From Octopus vulgaris (Eukaryota): a stretch of DNA of 64,000 bases. How positions within the stretch are numbered: position 1 is the first letter of the stretch; every line of letters starts with the position of its first letter. Under the pieces are notes generated by a model that was not told the origin of the DNA, did not search any database, and saw nothing but the letters and a program-made list of their open reading frames with translations. Shown here one piece after another: positions 1 to 13,422 of the stretch. The translations under genes were made by a program, and so were the position numbers. The stretch covers positions 78,368,001-78,432,000 of the forward strand of contig OX597815.1 of NCBI GenBank assembly GCA_951406725.2. Reading direction: 5' to 3'.

Positions 1-10
1 GTATGAGTGT

Positions 11-260
<250 letters not shown>

Positions 261-783
261 ATGATGCGCGATTACACACGATATACATATATAAAGACAT
301 GTATGTATATGTGTACATCTACACACAGACACAAGCATATACATATATGCACACAGCGTACGTAAACGTGTGGGTGTATAAGTCTCATCATGAACATTCA
401 TAAATACCTACGCACATCATTCAGGCACCACTAAGTGCTTATTCCCCTTCAAGTCAGTATAGCAAACTTTAAACACGAAGGGTTTAATAAATTACATACT
501 CCCTTACACCCTAATATATCCTGTTCTTAATTATTATTTATTAATTTATTTATTCGTTTTATTTATTTCCCCGTGGGTGAAACAGAAAGGGTGGTAAGCG
601 GCTGACCTTTGTGTATTTAGGGATGTCGATTTGTTGATTTTACTAGTTTAAACGGCGACTTTAAATCTTTCTATTAAATCGTAATTTAGAGCTTCCCGTT
701 GCATATAATGGGCGAGTGTGAGGAAGATGGAAGAGCTTGATAAAGTCAAATTTCTTCTCCCAGCGGCACACCTTTTAAAAATA

Positions 784-872
<89 letters not shown>

Positions 873-969
873 GCGTGTATGTATGTATGTATGTATGATG
901 TATGTATGTATGTACGTATGTTTATATATATATTATCTATATACATATTCGCTTATATGTATGTATATG

Positions 970-1000
<31 letters not shown>

Positions 1001-1605
1001 TACAGACAGACAGACGACAGACAGACAGATAGATAGATAAATATACATACGTATATGCATATGTATATATATATATATAACACAAACGCACTTATGTGTA
1101 TGTGCATGTGTGTGTGTCTTTATATTTTTATATCTATTATTTTATACTTTTGTGTCTGTTTGATGTGTGTTTGCATATATGCAAGCGCACGGGCATATAT
1201 ATGGATGTATATAAATATATAGTGAGAGAGAGGGGGAGGGGGCGATACAGTAATAGGCAAGCAATAAGTTATTAAGAAAACCAAGCCTCTGATATTGAGC
1301 AGATTGGGAAGTGTATATAAGTAGAAAGAGAGTGAAAGGATGTAGACAAGGTCCTGTGTTGTTTGTTTACAAGTCGAGAGCGTGTAACCACTTATTCGGT
1401 AATATATAAACACAGTTAGTATCAAATTATAACAATGTACAAGACTTTCCTGCGCCTCTCTGTCAGTCTTTCTTCCCTTCTTCCTTTCTTGTACATGTAT
1501 GCGTTTGTGTGTGTGTGTGTGTGTGTGTGTGAAGGAAAGGAAATGAAACAGGATAAATGGTACGTATGTGTATGTTTAATATATATATATATATCTTTCT
1601 CTTTA

Positions 1606-1639
<34 letters not shown>

Positions 1640-1640
<1 letters not shown>

Positions 1641-1878
1641 TTCTTTCAGTCACTGAGGACGCGGCTGTGCTGGAGCACCGATTTGAAGGGCCTAGTCAAA
1701 AGGGTAAATCCCGCTACTTTTTAAAGCCTGGTACTAAATCTATTGGGGAACTTTTGTCGAACCGCTAAGTTGCGGGGACGTATACAAACCAACTGCAGTT
1801 GTCAAGCGGTGGTGGGGGACAAATATGAATTCAGATACGCGCACGCATATACACACACACACACACACACGTACATGA

Positions 1879-1909
<31 letters not shown>

Positions 1910-2095
1910 TGTATGTATGTATGTATGTATCAATACGACGAGCTTCTTTCAGTTTCGGTCTACCAAATCCACTTACAACGCTTTGGTCGGCCCCGTACTA
2001 TAGTAATAAAAAATCTGCCCACGACGTCACATAGTGGGACTGAACCGGGAATTATATGGTTTGGAGGCAAACTTCTCACCACACACCACGCCTTG
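1640..2095 (-). mobile_element. tRNA-derived CORE-type SINE (octopus OR2-like), diverged copy with internal (CA)/(TATG) microsatellite
   Basis: Colinear with the cleaner copy at 13011-13422 (ggagcaccg..gaaccgctaagtt..gggggacaaa..ctttcagtttc..accaaatccact..gggactgaacc). Confidence 0.8.
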
Positions 2096-2214
2096 TATTG
2101 CAAATTTTGCTCAAGGGTAGAGAGTTTCGAACATAACATTTTAAATGCCTTGCGCGAAACGCTTGGCCCTGCGAGTCACTTTTGAGACTTTCTGCCGATT
2201 AAAAAAATAATAAT

Positions 2215-2525
2215 GGTTTCAAATATTGGTACAAGGTCAGCAATTTCGTGGGAGGGAGTAAATCGATTCCATTGGTATTTATTTCAACGACCCGAAAGGA
2301 TGAAAGGATGAAAGGCAAAGTCGACCTCGGTGGCCGTTGAAATCAGAAAGTAGAGCCAGACGAAATGCCGCTAAGCATTTTGGATTTACATTCTGACTTA
2401 AAATTCCGCCGAGGTCGACTTTGCTTTTCATCCATTTTAGGTCGATAAATTAAGTACCAGTGAAACACTGGAGTCGATGATATCGACTAGTCCCTCTCCA
2501 CAAATGCCTACAGTAGAAAGGATTG
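2215..2525. mobile_element. Two Meta-domain-like SINE fragments, head to head
   Basis: aaaggatgaaaggcaaagtcgacctcgg (minus) followed by ccgaggtcgactttgcttttcatcc...agtaccag (plus), same family as 26608-28750. Confidence 0.75.
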
Positions 2526-2589
2526 TTGTTGTTGTTGTTGTTGTTGGTGGTGGTGGTGATGTCATTAGCAATATATATACATGTATATA

Positions 2590-3430
2590 TACATTAGCAA
2601 TATATAGAGAGGATTAGTGGCGAAGAAATGTGACGACGTATTCGAGGAAACTTGGCGTCGAAGAAAATGCACCGGCTAGGCTATTCCAGGAGCCTTTCCA
2701 GACGAACATGGATTATTTCCAGAAGTCCTTGACCTGGTAGTACTATTGATTCAAAATAAACTCTACAGTTATGGATATGCTGCCAGAGAGCCTATCAGAG
2801 ATGCACGCAGAGCAACGAAACTGTTCCACTCTTTCAGTGTCCGGGCATTGCTGATTTGTGGAGTTATGTCGAATAGCTGCTGTCGCCGCATGCGGTACGG
2901 ACCCGTCTATAGGCCGACTCCGTAATGACGATTGCCCCACCCTCCTCTAACCAAGAAAATAAGGCAGTTTTCCTTTGTCTGGTGGCTATTGCGAAAGAAG
3001 TTGTCTGGTGGACGAGGCTGAAAGACACGAGGACAGAGATTTTCCTCTCTGGTAGATCCTTCATCAAGTTTTTCAAATTTCAGTAGAAAAGAAAAGTGAG
3101 AGTAAAGAGTAGGGTGCTGTCCTCGAGTGAATTTATTAAAAGGTAGATGAAGGTGGCAGAAGTGGTAAGAATAGATGGCACCGTCCTAAGTGTAGATCTG
3201 TGAGTCGGAGAACAGGAATTGTTGTTCAGAGAGATCTCGGATGGTGGGTTTCTTGGTTATCCCTAGAGGCCCTCCGGTACTGGGGGGATCACATCATTGT
3301 CACTGTTGTACATCATATATACTTTCTTTTATTTTTACTGCATACCGCGTATGTTTTACTTTTTTTTATAATCATTTCATTCTATATAAATTTCTACACC
3401 TTATGTCCGCCCTTGATGCAAATAAAAGAA
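2590..3430 (+). mobile_element. 3' fragment of L1/Tx1-type LINE (decayed)
   Basis: Colinear with 7350-8220 (ggcgtcga..gaa, gcctggtag, agaaaagtgagagt..gtgct..aaaaggt), including the 3' UTR-like tail. Confidence 0.7.
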
Positions 3431-3438
3431 ACCACCAC

Positions 3439-3492
<54 letters not shown>

Positions 3493-3530
3493 TCACCACC
3501 ATCACCACCACCACCACCACCACCACCACC

Positions 3531-3582
<52 letters not shown>

Positions 3583-3808
3583 TTTAGAAAAAAAATAAAA
3601 AAGGATAACAACACTTTATCTTTTTCGGAAGCTGTTAGCCAGTGAACCGTGTATTCGTTGCAAAATCTGAAAAGTTAAGCACTTTAGTACAAAAATGCTA
3701 TTGTAAAACTTCTCACCACACGCCCACGCCTGTATTGCAAATTGAGGACGCGGCTATGCTGGAGCACCGACTTGAAGGGCCTAGTCGAACGAGTCAATCC
3801 CGATACTT

Positions 3809-4447
3809 GGATCTTTTCCTTTTGAACGGCAGATGTCAACACAATTTCTAGTTAACTAAACACTTTTAAACTTCGTATACTGGTAGAATGTGTTTATAAA
3901 ACATCATTTTCTCTTGGTTTTATTGAGAAAATTCTATAGTTTGTAAGATATTTCGTCTGAAAATCCGAGCATTTCGGCAATTTTAACCAATCGATTACCT
4001 CCATTCAACTAAAATCATTTGCTGCGTCTAAAACTGAGACAACATCCTGTATCTAACCTTAAACCTCCCCCCTATCCCTAACCCTAAACCTAAATTTTTT
4101 TTCTTAATTGTTAAATTAATTTAATTCCATTGCTTAAGTTTTTTTAAACGCGTAACAATTAAATTAATTTAACAATTAAGAAAAAAAAATTTAGGGTTAG
4201 GGGGGAGGTTTAGGGTTAGTTACAGGATGTTGTCTCAGTTTTAGAGGCAGCAAATGATTTTAGCCCAAAAGAGAGCATAGGATTGGTTAAAATTCGAAAA
4301 ACTAAACTACGTTAAACAAACAAATTACAATTTTCTCAAGAAAGCCAAGAGAAAAAAATGTTTTATTTTGACACGTTCTACCAGTATACGAAGTTTTAAA
4401 GTGTTTAGTTAACTAGAATTTGTCTGCCGTTCAAAAGGAAAAGATCC
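3809..4447. mobile_element. Foldback MITE, GGATC...GATCC termini, 8-bp TSD (Merlin-like), inserted in a CORE-type SINE
   Basis: TIRs GGATCTTTTCCTTTTGAACGGCAGA / TCTGCCGTTCAAAAGGAAAAGATCC; TSD CGATACTT at 3801-3808 and 4448-4455; arms stay inverted almost to the centre (~4140). The Merlin assignment is inferred from GG ends plus the 8-bp TSD. Confidence 0.85.
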
Positions 4448-4646
4448 CGATACTTTTCAATGCCTGGTACTTAATCTATCGGGGACTTTGTCGAACCGCT
4501 AAGTTGCGGGAACGTATACAAACCAACTGCAGTTGTCAAACGGTGGTGGGGGACAAACATGAATTCAGATACGCGCACGCACGCACACACACACACATAC
4601 ATACACACACATACACACATACACACATACACACACACGTACATGA

Positions 4647-4677
<31 letters not shown>

Positions 4678-4999
4678 TGTATTCGACGGACTTCTTTCAG
4701 CTTCCGTCTAACAAATCCACTGACAACTCTTTGGTTGGCCCGGTACTATAGTTAAAAAAATCTGCCCACGACGTCGCTTAGAGAGGAGGAAAAAAGCTAA
4801 CTCTGAACGAAAAAAAATTGTATATAAATGCGCTTCTCGCAAGGTGAGCAAGCTTAAATTTCCTGCTCCGACAGAAATAAAATAAATGCCTCCAAGATGT
4901 GTGACCCTCGGTGCTACACATGTATAAAGGAAAATAATACGGGACTGTAGCCGTTAAAAGCACCAGTGAGTAAGAAGCCAGAAGAATGGTAACAATTAC

Positions 5000-7900
5000 T
5001 TGCTCATCCCAGACTTTATAATGATTCCTCATTACATGGTTAAAAGATTGAAAGGTTGACGCGAATTCAAATCAAGAACGTGCAGGTTCATCGAAATCTA
5101 GTAAGGATCTTAACCATTCTGGAGGTGCATAGGGAGATTATGGAGGTGAAATTCACCACACAACTCAACAGGACTGAAATTCTTATGAAATTTCAGATAC
5201 TAGTTTCTCCAGAAAACTAAATCGCATTCCAGATTTTTCTGTTTCGGGGAATGCGAGCAGATGTTGGTGTTTATAGGGAGCGGAAAACCTAAATGTTTCG
5301 TGTATGGGAATACTAACCACCTCGAAACCTTTTTGACACGTGGAGGAGAAAGCACGGTGCTCTCCACCGTTACAACCAACTCCACAGGATAAACCCCCTC
5401 TTCAAACATTACGTGAGAACACTAAAACTAGCTCATATCTGCCTCTTTCCTCTGATTCAGTCCTCACAAAAGCAAAGGCCTCGTTAGGAAATAAAGGTTC
5501 GTTGAAATCGCACCAAAAGGCTTTTGTCGGGGATAAGGAGAAAACTCAAACTCAAATAAATAGAAGACGGTCCAAATTGAAGGCCTTAAGACATGACGGT
5601 AATATAGAAAATCCGTCACAAAATCAAACATCAACACCAACAGCAATACCATCACAAGAAAACCAACTTACAACCACGAACGAATTTTAAAAAATCACAA
5701 AAACAAAAAGAAACACCCAAACAACAAAATGACAAACAATCGACACTTGTGTATTTATCAGCTTATCACAATATTCCTTTATCGCAATATATTCGCATTG
5801 TGCTCAGTCGGGAGCGGGCGGCATTCTAACCAAAAAGGATTAGGTCTCAAAGTGCGGGCAATCTTCTTGGACCTGGAACGTAGGTTGGTGGTCCTAGACG
5901 TGAATGGCAGAGAAAATGGCGCATTCAGACAGGTGGCCATTTATGCCCCGACAAGTGCTGGAAGGCCAGATTTCTTCAGGCGCCAAGAAACATTCCTGAG
6001 AACGTCTCGCACTTTAGTACTAGTGGGAGACTAGAATAGTATTTTGGACTCACGGAAGGAGTGTGTGAGGCTAGTATATAACAGAGGGAGGCACAAAAGC
6101 CTTGAAAACCTGCTCAGAAACTTCCAACTGTCTCATAAATAATGACTGAATCTCCTTGATGTGCCAGTGTGGATATGGAGCAACCACATCGGGTTGTTCA
6201 GATGGTATCTAGATACAGCATTTGCCAGGTCAACGGGCAGGGAAAGCATAGGCTATCCACAATTTAAATTGGTTGGCTATACAGACCACAAAATTTTCAT
6301 CTGCACAGTCGATTTCAATAGAACTCGTAGACTGGAAGTTGAATGCATACTTTCCGGCATGCAAAGACTACAGGAGCCAGATTAGTGAACTAGTTAAGCG
6401 GCAGTTGACGGGAGTAATAGTCAACAACCGGAGAAGGGTCGGCCTAAAGAAGGCGATTAGAGTAGAATCGATAGCGTTTAGCAAAGAGTAAGCAACAGAA
6501 AGAAATAGGTCAGAGGGTGAACTAGTTAGCAAACTAAAATAGTCGATTAGTAAAGGCATCGCGACTGATGTGCAAGCGGTGAGAATGTCCTTGACCATTT
6601 CTTCGAGGTGAAACACGGGGGCTGCGTTGTCAGAGCTAGGGCCTATGCGCTCAAACACGAAGGAACTAAATCCATCCGATGGGCCCGAACTGTGAAGACG
6701 CGACGTGACAACAAAGCCAGGACCAGGTCTTTGCTGGATCGGGGCAGGTATGTGCTACTTAGCTCTGAGCAGATTTGTACAGCTTTCCAGCAGCACTTCG
6801 CACGGCTGTTTAGAGATGGCAATGGCTCGAAGATGGTAGCAGACTTTAGTTCATACCTGGACGGTGTGTCACGACTCTCGGCAGTGGACGCGATAATGGC
6901 CACTGAAATACGGGAGGCAATGGGCGGTTGTATAAGTTGCAAATTGCCCAAGTTGGATAGTCTACCCTATGTATTCTATGAGTTCATGTTTGGTGGCCTT
7001 TTGGCAGACGTCAATCTTAACTGGCAGCAGAACGTCAGAATCCCTAGTGTTGTTAGCTGGGATGTGGTGATGCTGCTGAGGAAGGACGCCGACAATGGGT
7101 ACATGCTGGGGAATTTTCTATCCATAACACTGCTAAATATAGAGTTTGAGATTTTGGCTAAAATTTCCCCAGACGGCGAGCCAATATGGTTACCATTTGT
7201 AAGACACGCTTTTCTTTTTGATGGATCCGCAATCGTGAGTCAAGCAAGGACTAAGATTAGGCTCTTGGCATTTGGAATGTTATCAGGTGCTCAATGATCT
7301 CTACCAGTCAGACAATATGGTCGGTGGAAGTTCTATGGTAGCAATATATAGAAATCTAGCAGTGAGTAGGAGTAACGACATTCTCGGGGAAACTCCAGGC
7401 GTCGACGAGGATGAATTAGCTGGTCTATTTCGGAGAATTTTCGGGCTCGGTACTACCATGGATAAATTACAGAAACGCCTGGCCTGGTAGTGCTGCCAAA
7501 GAGCACTGCCAGTTACAGATAAACTCTACAAGCACGGAAGTGCTATCAGACAGGACTGTCCGAAATGCGCGCAGAGTGACGAAACAGTTCTGCATGCACT
7601 GGTGCAACGTCCGAGTATTGTTGATTTGTCAAGCTATGTCAGGGAACTGTTATCACTCCTGGGACAAGTTCGACTAGCAGCCAAGTCCATCGTGGGGATC
7701 GCCCCCCCCCATCCACCTTTAAGAAAGCAGAGCAGGCGGTGTTCTTGTGTCTAGTGGCAATGGTGAAAGAGGTTGTGTAGTGGACGAGGCTGAAAGGATT
7801 GAGGAAAGACTCCTTCCTCTTCGGTCAAGCTCTCAACGAATTTATAAGTTCCACTTAAAAAGGAAAGTGAAAGTGAAGAGGGAAGTGCTACCTCCCAGTA

Positions 7901-8220
7901 AATTTATAAAAAGATGGGTAACTATGGCGAAAATGATTTATAAAAAGATGGGTGACTATGCGCCTGTAAATCGGAGTATAAGAGAAAGGGCTCGTACCTT
8001 TGGTGATCAGGGTAATATTGGATCTGTGGGGTTCCTTGTTGGAGTTTCTCCTGTAGCAGAAAGACTGCATCATTCTTGTTATCACATACTTGGTATTATA
8101 CTATGTACAATTTTATCTCATTTCAGTCTTATCCATTTCTTTCACTCCATCCTTCATGTAAAACCCAACACAAACTGTTTCTTTTCTTTGTCATGTATCC
8201 TGTGGCTAACGAAAGAAATT
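5000..8220 (+). pseudogene. Decayed, internally deleted L1/Tx1-clade LINE (ORF1 remnant, APE endonuclease, RT N-terminus, C-terminal zinc knuckle, 3' UTR)
   Basis: Fragmented motifs: KPKCFVYGNTNH (ORF1 knuckle-like), AIYAPT, LVGD*N, WIWSN, TDHK, WKLN, GCVVRAR, PKLDSLPY, SITLLNIEFEILAK, then a jump to DCPKCAQSDETVLHAL and KRKVKVKREVL..FIKRWV. Many stops and frameshifts; the RT core (YADD) is missing. The 5' boundary is approximate. Confidence 0.8.
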
Positions 8221-8489
8221 ATTATAAATTATTATTATTACAAAAATAACAACAATAATAATAACAATAATAATGATGATGATGATGATAATAATAATAA
8301 TAATAATGAGTGTACATATTTGTGTGTGTATGTGTGTGTGTTTGTGTGTGTGTGCGTGTGTATGTGTGTGTGTGTAGAATATGCTAGAAATATCCCCGCG
8401 CGCGTGTAAGTGTGTATACATACATACATACATACATACATACATACATACATACATGTGAATTAAATGGTAAGGTACCAACATCGTCT

Positions 8490-8785
8490 AAATCTTTCTG
8501 AAGCATTTCAGATAATTTCTACAACATCTTTGCTATATCAGCTTCGTATCTTCTTTCTGCTCGGTTTCCACCATAATGTTTCCACCCCAGCGCTTCTTTC
8601 GGTATCCGTCCATTGCTACATCCCATTACAGACCAACACACTTTAAATCGGATTTTAGCAGAAAACATTCGCATTCATTACTGCAAGATTTTGGTCTTTC
8701 TTTCGTTATCCATTCATCCAACACACCAAACCGAGTACACCTGTAATCATTCCAACACGTAGCCTCAATTTTGTTTTACAACTAG
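8490..8785 (-). mobile_element. Highly decayed RTE-like LINE C-terminal fragment
   Basis: Minus strand reads NGRIPKEALGWKHYGGNR, resembling the RTE C-terminal R.PK..L.W.P.G.R motif. Confidence 0.4.
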
Positions 8786-8812
8786 ATATATGTATACACG
8801 CGCACACACACG

Positions 8813-8885
<73 letters not shown>

Positions 8886-9064
8886 AAATGTCGAACAATG
8901 AAAATGAGTGCTCAACACCACATTGGTGGATATAATTTCTTTATTTGTGAATTAAGGCTACCATTGGTTTCATACTAAGAAAAGTAGAAAAATATCCTAG
9001 TGTCTTAACAATTTTTCAAGCCAATCACATGGAGAAAGATGTTCGCCTCCATTTCGGATAACAC

Positions 9065-9095
<31 letters not shown>

Positions 9096-9697
9096 TGTAT
9101 GTATGTATGTATGTATGTATAGTCGGTTGGAATTTATAAAAAACAAAAGACGAAGACAGGTGTGTAAACAACAAACAGGTGTATTAGTTTATATATATAT
9201 ATATATATAAAGAGAGAGAGAGAGAGAGAGAGAGAGATAGGCGCAGACATGGCTGTGTGATTAAGAAGCTCCTTTTGCAAACACGTAGTTTCGTGTTCAG
9301 TCCGTCTGCGCGGCATGTTGGGCAAGTGTCTTCTACTATAGCCACGGGCCGACCAATTGCCCGCTAGCACGTACCATGCTTTCTCAAATTGTTTCAGATG
9401 CCTATGTAGTTGCGAACAATCTTTGATTGAGCGGAACATCAAGGATGTATGAATACATATGTATGCGTGTCTGCATTTGTTCTTTCTGCTGGAAGGACAA
9501 ATAGCTGCACTAAGCTGGTTCTCATCTTCAACTGGGTAGTCTGGACCAGCGTGAAATGAAAGGTCTTGCTCAAGAATAGTGCACACCACCTGGTCGCTCC
9601 CGTTGTTGCACACACTCTCACACACACACACACTCTCACACACACACACACTCATGCACACACACACACTCACACACTTACACACACACTCACACAC

Positions 9698-9732
<35 letters not shown>

Positions 9733-9849
9733 CATTAATTACACGGTTCTAGATACAACTGCCTCAAATAAAAAAAAAATTCATTAAAATAATTTCAAAT
9801 GGAGAATCTTTAGAATATCTTACAAAATCTTTCTGTACCTCTAAATTGA

Positions 9850-10255
9850 TTGGATTTAGAGTTTCTTTTGTACCTTTTGGAAACTCGTAGCATTTTTGGT
9901 TTTTGTGCAACTCCATAGTCACATAAAATAATGCAACTATGATGATAGGTACAAATGAAAATTTATAGTCAGTGTAGAAGAGTTGTATATTCTGTATTAG
10001 TTCACCATTAATGTTCTCGTTGACCTGCACTTTTCATAGTACGTTCACATCTACTGAGCAGCTGACGTCTAGAACTGTACATGTCCTTTGTTCCCTGTGC
10101 CACAGAATAATATCATATATCTGTTGCGCTTGAGAGTGATTGCTGTTTTTATTGGAATAGTCCTCCAGAATTCCTTGTGTGTAGAGGTGTAAACACATTC
10201 TGGTTCTGACATGACTTTGATGTATCTGTTGGGGCATTTTTGTCTGCGATTAACA
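9850..10255 (-). pseudogene. Dong/R4-type non-LTR retrotransposon remnant (restriction-like endonuclease domain)
   Basis: Joining frames gives KEFW.IPIKTAITLKRNR/YDIILWHREQRTCTVLDVSCSVDVNVL*KVQVNENINGELIQNIQLFYTDYKFSFVPIII, matching the NRPD-I..C..IDV..P.D.N..K RLE consensus. Confidence 0.7.
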
Positions 10256-10407
10256 CTGTAAATAGTTTTTCTTTTTTGCAACCACATCATGACTCTAGAG
10301 TAGCTAGTGTGTATGCGCGTATGTGTGTCTATGTATGTATGTATGTATGTATGTATGTATGTATGTATGTATGTATGTATGTATGTATGTATGTATGTAT
10401 GTATGTT

Positions 10408-10452
<45 letters not shown>

Positions 10453-10534
10453 CGTGCGTTTGTGTGTGTGTATTTTGCTGGACTGCATTCTTTTTTACTT
10501 TTTTCATGAATGGTACCCATATCTGGTTTTTCGA

Positions 10535-10569
<35 letters not shown>

Positions 10570-11462
10570 GTGCATATATCAGTACAAAAAGAAGTTATGA
10601 GCTATTTTATAGGAAGGCCTTACACTGTTCACCTAATTTTTTTTGTTTTACATTGTATTAATGTCTTTATGAAAATCAAATATATTTTGCAAAACTTTAT
10701 TTTAAAAATTGTCATATTTTATAATACAAATGTAGCCGTTCTTGCATTATCCAGCCTCAACAAAACTAAAAAAAATACGTCAAATATCACTGAAATGACA
10801 CATATATGAAATAAATAGCACTGTGTTGTAGGAAGTAATGCATTAACCAGCCAACAAATTCCATCTGTATCATGTTAATTCAACGTCTGAACATTTAGAA
10901 TTAGCATAAAGACAATGGTGGTTCGGCATGTACACTGTTTAAGGAAGCAGCTTTCTCTTCTTTCATAGCTGAATATACTTATATCTCGTCTGTTTTCATA
11001 TAAAGCGCCAACACTAGCCTGTCATCATATTTTTATTCTACCCCGCAGGTATTTTTTCTATACTGTTTATGTCTCGATGGAGACGCTCTCCTTCCTTTTC
11101 ACTGACACTCATTAAATTAACAGCCAACTAAAATGTACTTTAAGCATTCATATCGTATAATTGCCATCAGTGTATCATACTAAATCTATATTCACTCTTG
11201 AAAGTTATGACGCTGTAGATTTTGTGAGAGAGAATCTCTTCATAGACACGTTGTGTTATAAACACAATATTTTACACGGATCACGATTTTGACTTAATAT
11301 AGTGTTTCAAAACTGTTCACTCGTGTTGCATTTTCAATTCCGAAAAGGAAAACAAAATTATTTATCAGGTTTTCAAAGTTTTGAGATTTATTGTTGCCCA
11401 AAACGAAAAGTTTTTCACAACTTTAGCAAATTCTACCCAACTATTTTTTTCAATAGATTTAT

Positions 11463-11779
11463 CATTCATTTATTTATGCACCCTTTTCAAGCCTAGCCAG
11501 GCTCATGGGCCTGGTTTCCCGGTTTCTATGGCGTATGTGTTCCCCACAAGCTGGACTGGACGCCAGTCCATCGCAGCGTTACTCAAGAAGCAAGAAGAAA
11601 GAATGAGAGAAAGTTGGGGTGAAAGAGTACAACAGGGGTCGCCACCCCCACCACCCCTGCCGGAACCTCGTGGAGCTTTTAGGTGTTTTCGTTCAATAAA
11701 CACACACAATGCCCGGTCTGGGAATCGAAACCGCGATCCTCCGACCGCGAGTCCGCTACCCTAACCATTGCGCCTCCAC
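11463..11779 (-). mobile_element. Full-length tRNA-derived V-domain-like SINE with 12-bp TSD
   Basis: Minus head GTGGAGGCGCAATGGTTAGGG...GGTTTCGATTCCC (A/B boxes); V-like core CTGCGATGGACTGGCGTCC; (AAAT/GAAT) tail; TSD CAATAGATTTAT at 11451-11462 and 11780-11791. Relatives at ~30690-30925, ~37625-37735, ~42965-43205. Confidence 0.8.
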
Positions 11780-11790
11780 CAATAGATTTA

Positions 11791-12276
<486 letters not shown>

Positions 12277-12502
12277 GATGAGTGTATTTTTACCTTGTTA
12301 ACAATTAACACGGAAAAAATAAATAAATAGTTACCCGGGTAGCTAAAATGTCTTATTGACGAGTTTCGTTTTTTTTTACTTTCCTGAGGAGAAGATTGCA
12401 TTGTTTATACCATGTATTCTTTTGGATAGTATCAGTGGAATTTTCGAAACATGTGTCGAAAGTAAAAATATTTGATTACACCTGCGTTAACTCCATTTTT
12501 TA

Positions 12503-12544
<42 letters not shown>

Positions 12545-12955
12545 GTTAGGACCATCAAAGTTACTTTGGATTATTCACTTTTTAGAGTAATATATTTCCA
12601 CAGATACATTTGAAAGAAGTGCCTATCTTTATATACAGCTTAAATAACTTATTCCTTCAAACCTAGTTTAATAAAAAGTACTGGAAAAGTAGCGTTTTCT
12701 GGCTATACTAGGAGAATGTTCAAGATGTTTTGCTTCCCAACATCGTAATCTCTTCTTTCTCAATGATCTCCTATAATTCGACCGTCCCATAAATACAAAA
12801 AAGGAAATTTAGAGTAACTGCCTCTTTGGCTGGGCACTATACTAATCACTTACAAATCTCCGCGTATCCAACTGTTTTCGGCTTTCTCAATACCACTTTC
12901 GTGGTTTCATGACTTTCTTTTAGATATAAAGAAGAGCCAATCACGTTTCCGAGTC
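12545..12955 (-). pseudogene. Decayed DNA transposase fragment, Chapaev3 (CMC)-like
   Basis: Minus strand: IGSSLYLKESHE..WIRGDL*VISIV.SQRGSYSKFPFLYLWDGR...GKQNIL..LV..LFIKLGLKE...FDGP, resembling the GDLKV..GY.K.PCFLC.WDSR..LHIKLGLMKQ..FDGPQ consensus. Family name is from recall. Confidence 0.55.
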
Positions 12956-13010
12956 TCTATTTCTAGCATACTAAACGACCACATAGATGATGGGATTTAT
13001 ATATACATAT

Positions 13011-13233
13011 ACTCATTTACTCTTTTACTTGTTTCAGTCATTTGACTGCGGCCATGCTGGAGCACCGCCTTTAGTCGAGCAAATCGACCCCGAGACTTAT
13101 TCTTTGTAAGCCCAGTACTTATTCTATCGGTCTCTTTTGCCGAACCGCTAAGTAAAGGGGACGTAAACACACCAGCATCGGTTGTCAAGCAATGCTAGGG
13201 GACAAACACAGACACACAAACACACACACACGC

Positions 13234-13264
<31 letters not shown>

Positions 13265-13422
13265 TACGACGGGCTTCTTTCAGTTTCCGTCTACCAAATC
13301 CACTCACAAGGCTTTGGTCGGCCCGAGGCTATAGTAGAAGACTCTTACCCAAGGTGCCACGCAGTGGGACTGAACCCGGAACCATGCGGTTGGTAGACAA
13401 GCTACTTACTACACAGCCACTC
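13011..13422 (-). mobile_element. Full-length CORE-type tRNA SINE (OR2-like), little diverged
   Basis: Minus head GTGGCTGTGTAG (A box) ...GGTTCAGTCCC (B box), CORE-like ACCTTGGGTAAG, internal (TA)/(TG) tract, GAGTAAA-type tail. Further copies or fragments at ~3743-4775, 9240-9360, 13450-13615, 15265-16025, 23800-24295, 43500-43800, 45320-45632, 49280-49480, 52360-52680, 63705-64000. Confidence 0.85.

Noticed and set aside
4050-4222. Telomere-like CCCTAA/TTAGGG motifs
   Set aside because: Few, degenerate and internal to the foldback MITE arms; not a telomere or a telomerase template.
11700-11779. tRNA-like cloverleaf with A/B boxes
   Set aside because: It is the head of a TSD-flanked SINE, not a tRNA gene.
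12848-12958. Apparent minus-strand host exon ending in GTAAGT
   Set aside because: Transposase similarity continues straight through the supposed donor.
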